Below are positions 1 through 9,683 of a stretch of DNA of 64,000 nt, one piece after another. The notes under the pieces are model-generated. The model saw only the letters and a program-made list of their open reading frames with translations. It did not search any database and was not told the origin of the DNA. How positions within the stretch are numbered: position 1 is the stretch's first letter; each line of letters begins with the position of its first letter. The translations under genes and the position numbers were made by a program. Origin of the DNA: a virus; IMG/VR virus record IMGVR_UViG_2864926767_000001; one strand, given 5' to 3'.

Positions 1-1
1 T

Positions 2-448
2 GAGAACCCCCAGGCCGATGCCTCGGAACTCATGGTTGGCAACGTGAACATCCCTCTGCGCGGCCGCATCCCCCACACTTTCATGGCGGACAAAGGCGAC
101 CGACTGGCCTGGTATCAGCGCCTGATGGGAAGCGACTCGGTAGAGGAACTCGACCACAACATGGGCAGCCTGAAGGATCAGTACGGGTTCATCCCGACTG
201 AAGTGGTTGAGTTCTATGGGTACGTTTCTGACCACATCGTGCTGAAATCCCTGGGGTTGGAGGCAGTTCAGGTTCACGATGAAGGAACTCGAGTCGTTGG
301 AGCTGTGAGCGCCAGCGCAACCCGCCTGGAGATGATTCTGCGTCAGACCTTCGGGAATAAGGTGTCTGAGACCGACCGCGCCAAGACCTTCTTGGTCTCC
401 CGGCCGTTGGATGAGGTAATCAGAGGATTGGTTGAGGCGCTCCGCTAG
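2..448 (+). CDS. mfd: Transcription-repair coupling factor, C-terminal TRCF domain (5'-partial)
   Basis: Frame is open from the window edge. IPHTFMADKGDRLAWYQRL...LKDQYGFIPTEV...LKSLGL matches the Mfd C-terminal pattern (IP..Y..D...RL..Y.R....DRFG..P..V). Confidence 0.7.
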   Translation, partial: ENPQADASELMVGNVNIPLRGRIPHTFMADKGDRLAWYQRLMGSDSVEELDHNMGSLKDQYGFIPTEVVEFYGYVSDHIVLKSLGLEAVQVHDEGTRVVGAVSASATRLEMILRQTFGNKVSETDRAKTFLVSRPLDEVIRGLVEALR

Positions 449-461
449 GGGCGCCCATCAC

Positions 462-1010
462 CTAAATCGAGAACGAGCGCCCGGCCACCCTAGCTGTCCA
501 GAACGGGTGGTAGGCGTCTCTCGATGCGTACAGCGCCAGCACATGGGCAAACTGGATGTCGCCTATGCAGAACTTGAAGATGCGCGCAGCCATCTTGGAA
601 ACCGACTTGGCGTAATCCGGATCACGGTAGGCGGCGGCCGTGAAAGAGGCGTAGATAGGGTTGCTGGTCTCGTCCACCTGGAACGAACGAATCCGAAGCT
701 GACGCATCACCTCGCCTCGCAATTTGAACGAGCCATACACCTGCAACCAGGGCTCCCCGTCGAACAACGAAGCGGCCGACGCCTCGACCTTCAGATCCTC
801 ATCACCAATACGCACCCCTGGCGGGATACCCATCGGGAAGTGGGCTTTCACCATGAATTCGGCAAGGCTATGCCACGGGCAGAAGGTGAGCAGCCGTGAG
901 CGACAAGCCCCTAGACGATTAGTTTCTTCAATCGTATACGCAATAGTCATACAATTATCATAGATGAGATTTGCATCACAGAGGTAGCGCAGCCATTCCT
1001 TTTTTGACAA
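462..1010 (-). CDS. Hypothetical protein
   Basis: 182-aa ORF filling the gap between mfd and the next + gene; start uncertain; no recognised motif. Confidence 0.5.
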   Translation of the reverse strand: MSKKEWLRYLCDANLIYDNCMTIAYTIEETNRLGACRSRLLTFCPWHSLAEFMVKAHFPMGIPPGVRIGDEDLKVEASAASLFDGEPWLQVYGSFKLRGEVMRQLRIRSFQVDETSNPIYASFTAAAYRDPDYAKSVSKMAARIFKFCIGDIQFAHVLALYASRDAYHPFWTARVAGRSFSI

Positions 1011-1055
1011 AATGCCAAACTTCGCTATACGCCCCCTCCCATTCAGGTGTAGCTG

Positions 1056-1619
1056 ATGTTGCTCAATTCATACGTAGATCCGGTGTTCGGCGTCAAAACC
1101 CTAGTTAGCCTTGGTAGGGCCTCGATCATCGTCAACGTCGACGGCCTGTCTGAAGCCACATTCCTTCTGAATGATGCTCGCGCCCGGATTGATCGCTGCA
1201 AGTGCCACCTGACCATGGCCACACTCCTGGATTTTGCCAATGAGTGCACGTGGCGTCTCCCCCAAGGGCTTGAAACAATTTCCGAGAAAATGACGATTTC
1301 GCTGGCTGGGGCAGGTTTTCCAGCGCTCGGTCAGCTGATTAAGCCGCTAATTGCGGAGCACAAGCCAACGGTGGATACCCTCTCGACCCTGTGGCGTAAA
1401 GTGATCGAACCAAGGCTTCACCAGCGGGCTGGAGCGGCTGGTTATACCTCCTCAAGGAAACAGACCCTAGCGGTCGAAGAAGCGATCCGAGAAGCTCACC
1501 CCTTGCGTCACTCCACCCTACTCCACCCCCGCGCAATTCACTTCATTGATCAAGCTTGGCCAAACATCTACTACCGCCTCAAGGATCAGGTATCCGAATA
1601 CCACCGGGCGATTTCATGA
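1056..1619 (+). CDS. Hypothetical protein
   Basis: 187-aa ORF whose stop overlaps the pilD start (ATGA at 1616-1619). Confidence 0.6.
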   Translation: MLLNSYVDPVFGVKTLVSLGRASIIVNVDGLSEATFLLNDARARIDRCKCHLTMATLLDFANECTWRLPQGLETISEKMTISLAGAGFPALGQLIKPLIAEHKPTVDTLSTLWRKVIEPRLHQRAGAAGYTSSRKQTLAVEEAIREAHPLRHSTLLHPRAIHFIDQAWPNIYYRLKDQVSEYHRAIS

Positions 1620-2503
1620 CCCTGCTTGACGCTCGACTCTACGCAGACCTCCCTTGGCCATACACCGGCCTCTTCTTGATGATCGGCGCCGCGCTCGGCA
1701 GCTTCTTCAACGTCCTGGCCCTCAGATGGCCGCGTTGGCAGGTACACTGCAATGACACGGAAGCGTCATTTTGGCTGAAATTGCGAGGCCTCCGCGCTCC
1801 TGAGATTGAACAGCCTTCCGACACGCGCAAGCTCATGGGTGGTCGCTCGCATTGCCCCACTTGCTCCAAGCCTATTCCTCTCTTTCTGAACATCCCGATC
1901 CTGAGTTGGTTAATGCTTCGCGGCCGCTCTGCCTGCTGCAAGACACCGATCCATATCCGCTACCTCGGATTTGAGCTGCTCGGTTTCGGCATCTTCCTGG
2001 GCATCTCGCTGACTTGCGGGCCGACTGCCTATGGCTTGGTGATAGGCACTCTGCTGATGGTGCTCGCCCTTATCGCTGTGATCGACCTGACTGACTCGTT
2101 CATCCCTGACCAACTACTCTTCGTAGCCCTGTTGATCAGCTATGGGCTTACCTTCTCATCGACGCATTGGATGACCCTGGAGCAAACCTTCCTGTGGCAT
2201 GTCGGCGCAACCCTGGTCTTGCTGGCCCTTGGAGGCCTGCTCCGTGCGTTTTTCAACGTAGATGGCATCGGTGGGGCCGACGTCCATCTGATCGGCCTTT
2301 GCGGAGCTCTCCTGGGCGGAATGCCAATGCTATACGCCCTGGTGATCTGCGGCCTACTGGCCAAACCCTGCCTGAGCCTTCGCAATCGACTCTTCCCCGT
2401 CGGGGCCTATGCTCAAGTTATCGGTGAGCGCGGTGTACCGCTCGGGCCGATCCTCTGCTCCGGGATGATCGGAATCGTTTTCACCCAGCTGGCCTTGGCC
2501 TAA
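1616..2503 (+). CDS. pilD: Prepilin peptidase / N-methyltransferase (A24A)
   Basis: GSFFNV, SHCPTC...LSWLMLRGRSACC zinc motif, catalytic Asp contexts IAVID and GIGGAD, several TM segments, VPLGP. Confidence 0.92.
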   Translation: MTLLDARLYADLPWPYTGLFLMIGAALGSFFNVLALRWPRWQVHCNDTEASFWLKLRGLRAPEIEQPSDTRKLMGGRSHCPTCSKPIPLFLNIPILSWLMLRGRSACCKTPIHIRYLGFELLGFGIFLGISLTCGPTAYGLVIGTLLMVLALIAVIDLTDSFIPDQLLFVALLISYGLTFSSTHWMTLEQTFLWHVGATLVLLALGGLLRAFFNVDGIGGADVHLIGLCGALLGGMPMLYALVICGLLAKPCLSLRNRLFPVGAYAQVIGERGVPLGPILCSGMIGIVFTQLALA

Positions 2504-2619
2504 CGGTTCACCGCACCAGGTTATTGTTTGACCTGGTGCTCATTGCAATACTGGTAAAAGGCGCGTGCAGCTTTGCCTGCACCATTGCACAGGAGGCGGC
2601 CGGATCAGCCGCGAATGCC

Positions 2620-2964
2620 ATGAAGAAACTTCTACTGACCGTCATTCTCGCCTGTCTGCCGGCGTTCGCATTGGCAGACCAATCTTGTCTTAAACTGGAT
2701 GGCACGGGCATTGATCCGAACGGCGGTGGCGCCAAGCAGATCGAGCAGACCTACAAGGAAAAGCAAGATCCTGTCTCTGATCTCATGGGCTGCGCCGCTG
2801 AGGTAACTCAGGGTGGCATGGGCGCATCGGAGGTCAAAGGCACCTGCGGCTGTAAGCAAGCAGTGCAGAAGCTCTGTAAGTACAACACCAAAAAACAAAA
2901 GGTGAAGGCTTCCGGCGGTGCCGACAAGGCCTGGTGCGCGGTCTTCGCACCCTGGGCCCTGTAG
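2620..2964 (+). CDS. Small secreted cysteine-rich protein
   Basis: Signal peptide MKKLLLTVILACLPAFALA; six Cys in the mature part; followed by a terminator. Confidence 0.7.
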   Translation: MKKLLLTVILACLPAFALADQSCLKLDGTGIDPNGGGAKQIEQTYKEKQDPVSDLMGCAAEVTQGGMGASEVKGTCGCKQAVQKLCKYNTKKQKVKASGGADKAWCAVFAPWAL

Positions 2965-2980
2965 CTGCTCCTACGCTTCG

Positions 2981-3009
2981 AAAGAAGGCCGGCTTTGCCG
3001 GCTTTTTTG
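2981..3009 (+). terminator. Rho-independent terminator
   Basis: GCCGGC-TTT-GCCGGC hairpin followed by TTTTTT. Confidence 0.7.
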
Positions 3010-3097
3010 TTGCCGCAGCTACCAAGCACCTGGTATCCATCCGCATACTCGTTTAAAAGGGGCTACTGGCCCGGATGAATAGCAGGGAACCGACTCC

Positions 3098-4219
3098 ATG
3101 GCTGCCAAAGAAAACGAGACTGTCGACTACAAAGCTCTAGCCGAGCGCGTCCGGAATCTCCACGAGGAGTTTCCAGCCATGTTCACTGCTATGAGCGAGG
3201 TAACGATTGCCCGCCGCAAGGAGGTGCTCCAAGACATTGCAGATGCACTTGATGCAGGCGAGTTCCCGAACGCCAAATTTGCAGACTTCAAGTACACGAT
3301 GGCTGAGGTGCTGAGGCAATATTGGGCTTCCGGCCCATCAGACCCCAACTACAACAACAGGCCTGAGGCGCTCTACATGGCCAGGGCTGGCTGGAGCACG
3401 AACGGCTACTCTAGCGGGCCTTCTCTTCGGAAGAAGCTTGAGAAATTTGCAAAGCTCTACCCGGAAGAAGCCAAGCAACCCCATACCGCCCCTTACTACG
3501 ACATGCTGGCATTCACTGACCTGATGTTCTTGATCGGCACGAGGCTCAAAGAGACTGCGGTCAAGAAGGTGCAGAAGACCGAGGCCGAGCGCGAGGCTGA
3601 GGAGGTCTACGTGCAGCCCTACGTAAGCCCTGCCTCCCAGAAAAAGGTTCATGACGTCTTGGTGGCTCTGACGGAATCGAAGCGCGAGGAGATGGAAGAG
3701 GCTTACGCTTCAGGCTTCAGGAAAAGTCTTCAGAATGCCCTGGAGAAACAATACGAGCCGTACTTCAGGGCGAACCACCCCTACTACGCCCACATGATCA
3801 GCATGTTCGGGAAGAGTGTTGAGTACCCAGAACGTCGTGGCCGCTACTACTACGTTGCGCACCCAGACGCTGAGGCCATGATCACGAAGCATGCCCAGCA
3901 AGTTTCACAGCGGGTACAGGAAGTCTTCGTTGCAAAGAACCTGAACAAGCTGCGGGTGCCTATCGACGTGAAGGGCAATCTGAAGTCGGTTGAGCTGCTT
4001 GGCAACAACCTCAGAATGGATCGCCTTGAAGGGAAGCTCCGCGTCACTTTTGAGGACGGCTCCAGGTTCGATGTTCATAACCAACTGGTCTTTGTGACCA
4101 ATCAGAATGGAACTCATTTCTCACGATTCCCCCTGACTTATCACAACGTTATCGATAGCGCCGGGGCCCTCGTTGCTAAGAAACGCTCCGAAGAAGAGAT
4201 GGGCACACAACCCTTCTAA
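3098..4219 (+). CDS. Hypothetical protein (373 aa)
   Basis: Long ORF with coding-like codon usage, ending before a bidirectional terminator. Confidence 0.75.
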   Translation: MAAKENETVDYKALAERVRNLHEEFPAMFTAMSEVTIARRKEVLQDIADALDAGEFPNAKFADFKYTMAEVLRQYWASGPSDPNYNNRPEALYMARAGWSTNGYSSGPSLRKKLEKFAKLYPEEAKQPHTAPYYDMLAFTDLMFLIGTRLKETAVKKVQKTEAEREAEEVYVQPYVSPASQKKVHDVLVALTESKREEMEEAYASGFRKSLQNALEKQYEPYFRANHPYYAHMISMFGKSVEYPERRGRYYYVAHPDAEAMITKHAQQVSQRVQEVFVAKNLNKLRVPIDVKGNLKSVELLGNNLRMDRLEGKLRVTFEDGSRFDVHNQLVFVTNQNGTHFSRFPLTYHNVIDSAGALVAKKRSEEEMGTQPF

Positions 4220-4228
4220 TCCAAAGAG

Positions 4229-4254
4229 AAAAGCCCCGGCGTACCGGGGCTTTT
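4229..4254. terminator. Bidirectional rho-independent terminator
   Basis: AAAAGCCCCGG-CGTA-CCGGGGCTTTT between convergent genes. Confidence 0.8.
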
Positions 4255-4266
4255 GCATTGCGGAGC

Positions 4267-4935
4267 TTACGCCTGGACGCCCAGGGCAAACTCCTTGTAC
4301 AAAACGTCCATTCTGCGATAGAGCTCATCTGCACCCTGATCAGGAGTCCAGGTTTCCATCTCCTCAGCCAGGAACTCGTTGTCCTCGCGGCCAGACCAGA
4401 CCTTGATGTACTCGCCGGTCTTGTAACCGTTGTGCTGACGGAAGAGGTTCAGCACGCTCTTGGAGATGTAGGTGTTGTACCAAGTCTCGCCCGTCAACTT
4501 GAAGTCATCCATCAGCCGGCGCAGCAGGCTGAAGCTGAAGCGGCCGACGTAGCCCATGGCGCCCATCAGATCGAGGCAGACCTCGGTCTCCAGCTCAGCG
4601 ACAACATAGTCCTTCTCGTCAAAGCGGATCACAGGCTCAGGTTTGTGCCAGGCGTCCAACAGGGCCTGCCCTTCCTTCGACGGCTCGTTCACCGCACGAG
4701 CGATCTCGCTGATGATGAAGTGAGTCATGTCGATCAGCTCGAGCTGGATCTGAGGCAGGTTTACTTCCTGCTTCTTCCACCACTTGTAGGCATTGTGGTC
4801 ATGGCACTCGCCCACCTCCACCGATGACGCGCGCAGGTAATGCATGCGCGTCACCCGCCAGTCGGGCTTCATCACGTCGTTGAGCTGACTCTGGTAGCTC
4901 AACATGTCCAGGAGCATGTTATCAGTGACTTGCAC
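4267..4935 (-). CDS. Dimeric all-alpha dUTPase (dUTPase_2 family)
   Basis: EVGECHDH..YKWWK, ELIDMTHF, K..LN.FRQ.NGYK.G.Y.K.W.GREDN motifs of the Campylobacter/trypanosome-type dUTPase. Confidence 0.88.
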   Translation of the reverse strand: MQVTDNMLLDMLSYQSQLNDVMKPDWRVTRMHYLRASSVEVGECHDHNAYKWWKKQEVNLPQIQLELIDMTHFIISEIARAVNEPSKEGQALLDAWHKPEPVIRFDEKDYVVAELETEVCLDLMGAMGYVGRFSFSLLRRLMDDFKLTGETWYNTYISKSVLNLFRQHNGYKTGEYIKVWSGREDNEFLAEEMETWTPDQGADELYRRMDVLYKEFALGVQA

Positions 4936-4944
4936 AGTCGTTCC

Positions 4945-5331
4945 TTACTTCACGGAATGGTAGGAGTTGCGGAGCTGTTCCATCTTCTGCGCCAGCTCAG
5001 CCGGCGGCGACAGGTGGGGGTAGACAGCAGAGAGCGCCTGGACGGCATCCCAGTTGGTCAGAAGCAACGCATGCTGCGGCATGTAGCCGTTACGCACGTA
5101 GGCCTCGTAAAGTTCTTCGGCGCCTGGGAGCGGAGGAACTGGCGCCCCTGCGTGAGGGCTTGCAGCCTGCAACTGAGCCTGGCCAGCATCGGCCGACGTA
5201 GCTGCTGGGTTTGCCACCGTGATCTCAGGTACAGCCTGGCCCGAAGCTTCCAGATGCGATTCGTTGGCTTCGTCGGCAAAAGCGAAGGCGCTGAACAGCG
5301 CAAACGCTGCGGGGATAAGCGTTTTGAACAT
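4945..5331 (-). CDS. Secreted hypothetical protein
   Basis: Signal peptide MFKTLIPAAFALFSAFAFA; GGAG RBS upstream. Confidence 0.7.
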   Translation of the reverse strand: MFKTLIPAAFALFSAFAFADEANESHLEASGQAVPEITVANPAATSADAGQAQLQAASPHAGAPVPPLPGAEELYEAYVRNGYMPQHALLLTNWDAVQALSAVYPHLSPPAELAQKMEQLRNSYHSVK

Positions 5332-5482
5332 GAGTTTGGGCTCTCCTGCGCACCAGTTTGGCGATTCAGTACCCCAAACCGGCGTGTGAATTAACGATAT
5401 ATTGTCACGCAGGAGGGTCGCCTTCCAGACAATTTGTGTGAAAATGAAGCAATGATCCCTATTCTGAAGCGCGGAGAACAGC

Positions 5483-7951
5483 GTGAGAATTGTCGATAAC
5501 TATCTGACAAATAAGAAGATTCAGCAGTATCGCGACGAGGCTGAAGCCATCCTCGAGTACGCTGAAACCCTAAAGGGGATGGAAGACTGGACGCTCGTCG
5601 TCAACTTCACACAGATCAAGACCGCCCGTAACCGGCCGAATATGCTGCTGGCCTACGCCATCATCACCGAGGTGATCCAGCGCAAGCTCAAACTCTCTCC
5701 TTACGTAGAGCAGATCATGGGTGCCCTGGCGATGGGCGATGGTCATATCGTCGAGATGGCAACCGGAGAAGGTAAGACCCTTGCAGCGGCGTATCCCCTG
5801 GCCTGGCACGCACTCTTCGGACGCAGTCACTGCATTACCGCGAACGATTACTTGGCCCGGCGCGATTCCGAGTTTCTGCACCCGGTCTATCAGACGCTGC
5901 ACCTCAACTGCGACTACCTGCAGGAGAACTTTGGCCGCGAGACGCGCCAACTGTCGTACCGCCGGCAAATCGTATACGGCACTGCAAGCCAGTTCGTCTT
6001 CGACTACCTGCGGGACAACACGGCCCTCGACGTCCAGGATCTCATCCAGCAAGGAAACAACTTCGCCCTGATCGATGAGGCCGACAGCATCCTTATAGAC
6101 GAAGCCAGGACGCCGTTCCTGCTCTCCGGAGAGGTTGGGGCTGAGGATGACCAGTATCAGCTTCTGGACGAGCTTGCACGCAGCCTGGAGGCCGTTGACG
6201 CGCCAATTGACGTGAAGACCAAGCTCGACACCCTCGTCACCCGGCGTACCTCAGATCACGGTGATTGTCTGGTGGACATCCGAGGTCAGGCGGTTAGTCT
6301 CACTGAACGAGGCTTCGCCAAGGCGGAAGCGTTCCTGATTGAACGTGGGATCGTCGCCGCCGGCCGACAGTGGATGCCGGAGGAAGCTCCGGTCTGGGCC
6401 GCCCTTTTCGCCGCACTCAAAGCTCACTACGTCTTCCAGAAAGACAGAGACTACGTGGTCTCTGAGCTCGGAGAAGTCATCACAGTTGACCCTGAAACTG
6501 GTCGTCTCAGTCCTGGTCGCCGCTGGAACCAAGGCATTCACCAGGCCGTGGAGTGCAAGGAAGGCCTCGAGGTCAAAGGCGAAGCCCGAGAGATTGGGCG
6601 TATCGCACTGGCCAGCTACCTGGACGTCTACGATGACGTTGCCGGGATGTCAGGTACGGCCGTCGCCGTGGCCGATGAGCTCCATACCCTCTACGGTCTC
6701 AAAGTGATCCCAATCCCGAGGCACCTCCCCTCCAAGTTGGTACAGCACCCGGACAAGCTATTTGCAACCAAAGAGGCCAAGTTCAACGAGATCGCCGACG
6801 ACGTCGAGGCCATCCACAAGACCACTCAGCCTATCCTAGTTGGCACCGGGTCTATTGAAGATTCTGAGGCCCTATCCAAACTGTTCCATCAGCGCGGCCT
6901 GCACCATCGCGTGCTGAACGCGAAGCAGAATCTACAGGAGGCGCTAATCATCGCTGAGGCTGGAAAACCCAAAGCGATCACGATTGCCACCAACATGGCC
7001 GGACGCGGGACGGACATCCTGCTAGGCGGCTCTGCCGAACATAGCGATGCTGTGTCGGAGCAGCTCGTGCTTGAACAAGGCGGTCTGTTTGTCATCGGCG
7101 CTGAGCGTATGGATTCGGCCAGGCTGGATCAGCAACTTGCTGGTCGTGCCGGCCGACAGGGTGATCCTGGTCACGTGCGATTCTACGCATCTCTCGAGGA
7201 TGCCCTGCTGCGCCAGGCCGGCGCCAAGCACATGGCTCCCCTCTTCCGCTTTGCAGCTAACCCGGACGCCGGCCTCCAGGGTACGACAATCAGTCGGGCT
7301 CTCAAGCGGATTCAGAAGCAGAAGCAGTCCATGACTGCTGACGCGAGACGCGCAGGACTGGCTCAGGATCGCCTGCTAGACGAGCCGCGCGGCATCTTCC
7401 TCACCCAGCGTGATGTGGTTCTGCGCACGGACGCCGGGGACTTGCTGGATGACCTCGACCAGGTCGCCAGGCTGGCTGCTCATCGCCTGATGTCTGTGTA
7501 CAGCGATGCCACGGGCTCAGAGGGGCGCTCGGCTGTCCTTGAAAAGATCAAGCAGTGGCACCTTTCGCCATCCTGGGCTGAGCGTGCCATCCATGATTAC
7601 GAGAAAACTCTAAGCGTGGATGACTATGCTGTCCTGATCAGGGAGTTCGAGCAGTGGCTTTCTTTTGAGCTCACGGCGCGCTCCCGGAGCCTTCTGGAGC
7701 AGGAGCCGAAGGCACTGAAGCAGTCCATGCTCCTTGGCATCGATACCATGTGGCAAAGCATCGTCGAAGAGTCTGACAGAGTAAGGCAGGGCGTTTCGCT
7801 GCAGGCCTACGTCGGCGTGAAACCTCACCTGGCTCTGAAGCAGTCTATCTACCAGATCTTCCACGAGGCCCTGGCGGATGTACCGGTCGCCCAGCTTGAC
7901 TACTTCTTCGAAGCTATCGAGCAACACGCGTTGTCCCTGGAGGCAGCTTGA
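5483..7951 (+). CDS. secA: Preprotein translocase ATPase SecA (short form, no C-terminal Zn tail)
   Basis: EMATGEGKTL, TANDYLARRD, FDYLRDN, DEADSILIDEARTP, VLNAK, ATNMAGRGTDI, QLAGRAGRQGDPG. Confidence 0.95.
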   Translation: MRIVDNYLTNKKIQQYRDEAEAILEYAETLKGMEDWTLVVNFTQIKTARNRPNMLLAYAIITEVIQRKLKLSPYVEQIMGALAMGDGHIVEMATGEGKTLAAAYPLAWHALFGRSHCITANDYLARRDSEFLHPVYQTLHLNCDYLQENFGRETRQLSYRRQIVYGTASQFVFDYLRDNTALDVQDLIQQGNNFALIDEADSILIDEARTPFLLSGEVGAEDDQYQLLDELARSLEAVDAPIDVKTKLDTLVTRRTSDHGDCLVDIRGQAVSLTERGFAKAEAFLIERGIVAAGRQWMPEEAPVWAALFAALKAHYVFQKDRDYVVSELGEVITVDPETGRLSPGRRWNQGIHQAVECKEGLEVKGEAREIGRIALASYLDVYDDVAGMSGTAVAVADELHTLYGLKVIPIPRHLPSKLVQHPDKLFATKEAKFNEIADDVEAIHKTTQPILVGTGSIEDSEALSKLFHQRGLHHRVLNAKQNLQEALIIAEAGKPKAITIATNMAGRGTDILLGGSAEHSDAVSEQLVLEQGGLFVIGAERMDSARLDQQLAGRAGRQGDPGHVRFYASLEDALLRQAGAKHMAPLFRFAANPDAGLQGTTISRALKRIQKQKQSMTADARRAGLAQDRLLDEPRGIFLTQRDVVLRTDAGDLLDDLDQVARLAAHRLMSVYSDATGSEGRSAVLEKIKQWHLSPSWAERAIHDYEKTLSVDDYAVLIREFEQWLSFELTARSRSLLEQEPKALKQSMLLGIDTMWQSIVEESDRVRQGVSLQAYVGVKPHLALKQSIYQIFHEALADVPVAQLDYFFEAIEQHALSLEAA

Positions 7952-8005
7952 TTACAGGCTTATGGCTCTGGATCAGGATCTTCTGACCCCTCGCCCCCAG
8001 AAATG

Positions 8006-8034
8006 AAAAAAGGCCCGCCATTGGCGGGCCTTTT
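8006..8034. terminator. Bidirectional terminator between secA and ftsZ
   Basis: AAAAGGCCCGCCA-T-TGGCGGGCCTTTT. Confidence 0.8.
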
Positions 8035-8050
8035 CGCGACTCAGAAGTTC

Positions 8051-9529
8051 CTAGTCACGAATTCCTTCACCCTGTTGGCGGCGAAGGAAAGCCGGGATAT
8101 CCAGGTAGTCGAGGTCGTCATGCTGGTTTTGCTGCTGCGGCTGCTGGGTTCTCTCAGCGGGAAGCAACCTCCGATTGTCGAGTTCAACCGGGCGGCTGGC
8201 AGCCATGCGAGTACCTTCTTGCTCAGCGTACTCGAACTCTTCGCGGGACTGACGAGTGTTGCGCGGCTCGTACTGGCGCTCCTGGAACTCGCGCTGATGC
8301 AGGTCGCGGGTACCACCTACCGGACGCTGCACGCCTTGCTCAGACTGGAAGCCGTGGCGCAGGATGCGATGATCTTGAGCCGCCGGACGAGCTGCAGATA
8401 CACCCAGGTCGTCATGTTCACGACGATTGTCGAACTGACGCTCTTGAGTCATAGCAGGGCGCAGTTCAGCAACTTGAGGACGCTGAACCGGATTACGGCT
8501 AACTACCGGCTCCTGCTTCGGCTCTGCGGCGCGAAGAGGCTGAGCGGCCTGCTTCATTTCCGCCTGGTACTGGGAATCGCCCAGACCGGTGATGACTACA
8601 GTCACAGTCATCTCTTCACCCAGGTCAGGATCGATGACAGTACCGAACTTCATACGAGCGTCAGGCGATGCGAATTCTTCGATGATTGCACCGACGGCCG
8701 CGTACTCGTCCAGCGTCAGATCCTGGTTGGAGGAGATATTGACGAGGATGCCTTTGGCACCCTGGAGATTGGTGTCACGCAGCAGCGGGTGGAACAGGGC
8801 GGCTTCAGTGGCTTTTTGTGCACGATCAGCACCGCTAGCACGGCCTTCACCCATAACAGCTTGGCCGGCCTTTTCCATCACAGCCTTCACGTCGGCGAAG
8901 TCGACGTTGATCATGCCAGGGCGCTTGATGATGTCGGAGATGCCGCGAACCGAGCTGCACAGAACGTCATTGGAGTGAGCGAACGCCTCCAGCAACGAGC
9001 ACTTCCCGGCCATCTCTTGGATCAGCTTCTCATTCTTCACCACGATCAAGGTGTCGACGTATTTTTCGAGCTCTTTCAGGCCTTCCAGTGCGTAGGCCAT
9101 GCGCTTACGACCTTCGAACATGAACGGCAGGGTCACCACGCCTACGGTGAGGATGCCCTTCTCTTTAGCGATTTGCGCGATTACCGGGGACGCGCCAGTA
9201 CCGGTGCCGCCACCCAGGCCAGTTGCGATGAAGAGCATGTCAGCGCCATGCATGGCATCTGCAAGCTGGCTGCGGTCTTCCAGGGCCGCTTCCTGGCCCC
9301 TGGCCGGATCGGCGCCAGCGCCCAGACCTGAGGTGGTGTTAGCGCCGAGCTGGAGGACGCTCTTGGCCTTGGTGTTCTTCAGTGCCTGAGAATCGGTGTT
9401 GGCGACGATGAACTCGACACCCTCGATGTTGTTCTCGCACATGTGATCCACGGCGTTACCGCCGCCCCCACCCACGCCAATCACCTTGATGATTGCGCCG
9501 CCATCGCCGCGATTACTCGTTTCGAACAT
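8051..9529 (-). CDS. ftsZ: Cell division GTPase FtsZ with a long linker
   Basis: IKVIGVGGGGGNAV, GGGTGTGA tubulin signature, T7 loop NVDFADV, C-terminal DYLDIPAFLRRQ. The ATG at 9529 has GGAG at 6-nt spacing. Confidence 0.96.
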   Translation of the reverse strand: MFETSNRGDGGAIIKVIGVGGGGGNAVDHMCENNIEGVEFIVANTDSQALKNTKAKSVLQLGANTTSGLGAGADPARGQEAALEDRSQLADAMHGADMLFIATGLGGGTGTGASPVIAQIAKEKGILTVGVVTLPFMFEGRKRMAYALEGLKELEKYVDTLIVVKNEKLIQEMAGKCSLLEAFAHSNDVLCSSVRGISDIIKRPGMINVDFADVKAVMEKAGQAVMGEGRASGADRAQKATEAALFHPLLRDTNLQGAKGILVNISSNQDLTLDEYAAVGAIIEEFASPDARMKFGTVIDPDLGEEMTVTVVITGLGDSQYQAEMKQAAQPLRAAEPKQEPVVSRNPVQRPQVAELRPAMTQERQFDNRREHDDLGVSAARPAAQDHRILRHGFQSEQGVQRPVGGTRDLHQREFQERQYEPRNTRQSREEFEYAEQEGTRMAASRPVELDNRRLLPAERTQQPQQQNQHDDLDYLDIPAFLRRQQGEGIRD

Positions 9530-9683
9530 GTGCATCTCCGTAATTTACAATTTCGCAGTAAGCGCCGGGCGGCGCTTGGGTAAGGTTGCCGAGGTGGTAT
9601 GGCAAGGTGTCGCAATACTGCCAATATTCAGCTGCTCTAGCAATACGCTTGGCCGCTAAAAATGCGCCTTTTCTAATAAATTG

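Noticed and set aside
610-627. Possible further copy of the 18-bp motif (GCGTAATCCGGATCACGG); weaker ones near 10323, 37482 and 43651
   Set aside because: The GTWCC half is not conserved, so these were not counted.
8003-9331. Long + strand ORF opposite ftsZ (similarly 18786..20696, 20946..22559, 14736..15857, 56445..57416, 62180..63118)
   Set aside because: Antisense shadows of well-supported genes, expected from high-GC3 codon usage.
8051-9529. TubZ/PhuZ type III partition tubulin
   Set aside because: The sequence is canonical bacterial FtsZ with the conserved C-terminal peptide, and there is no adjacent TubR-like gene.
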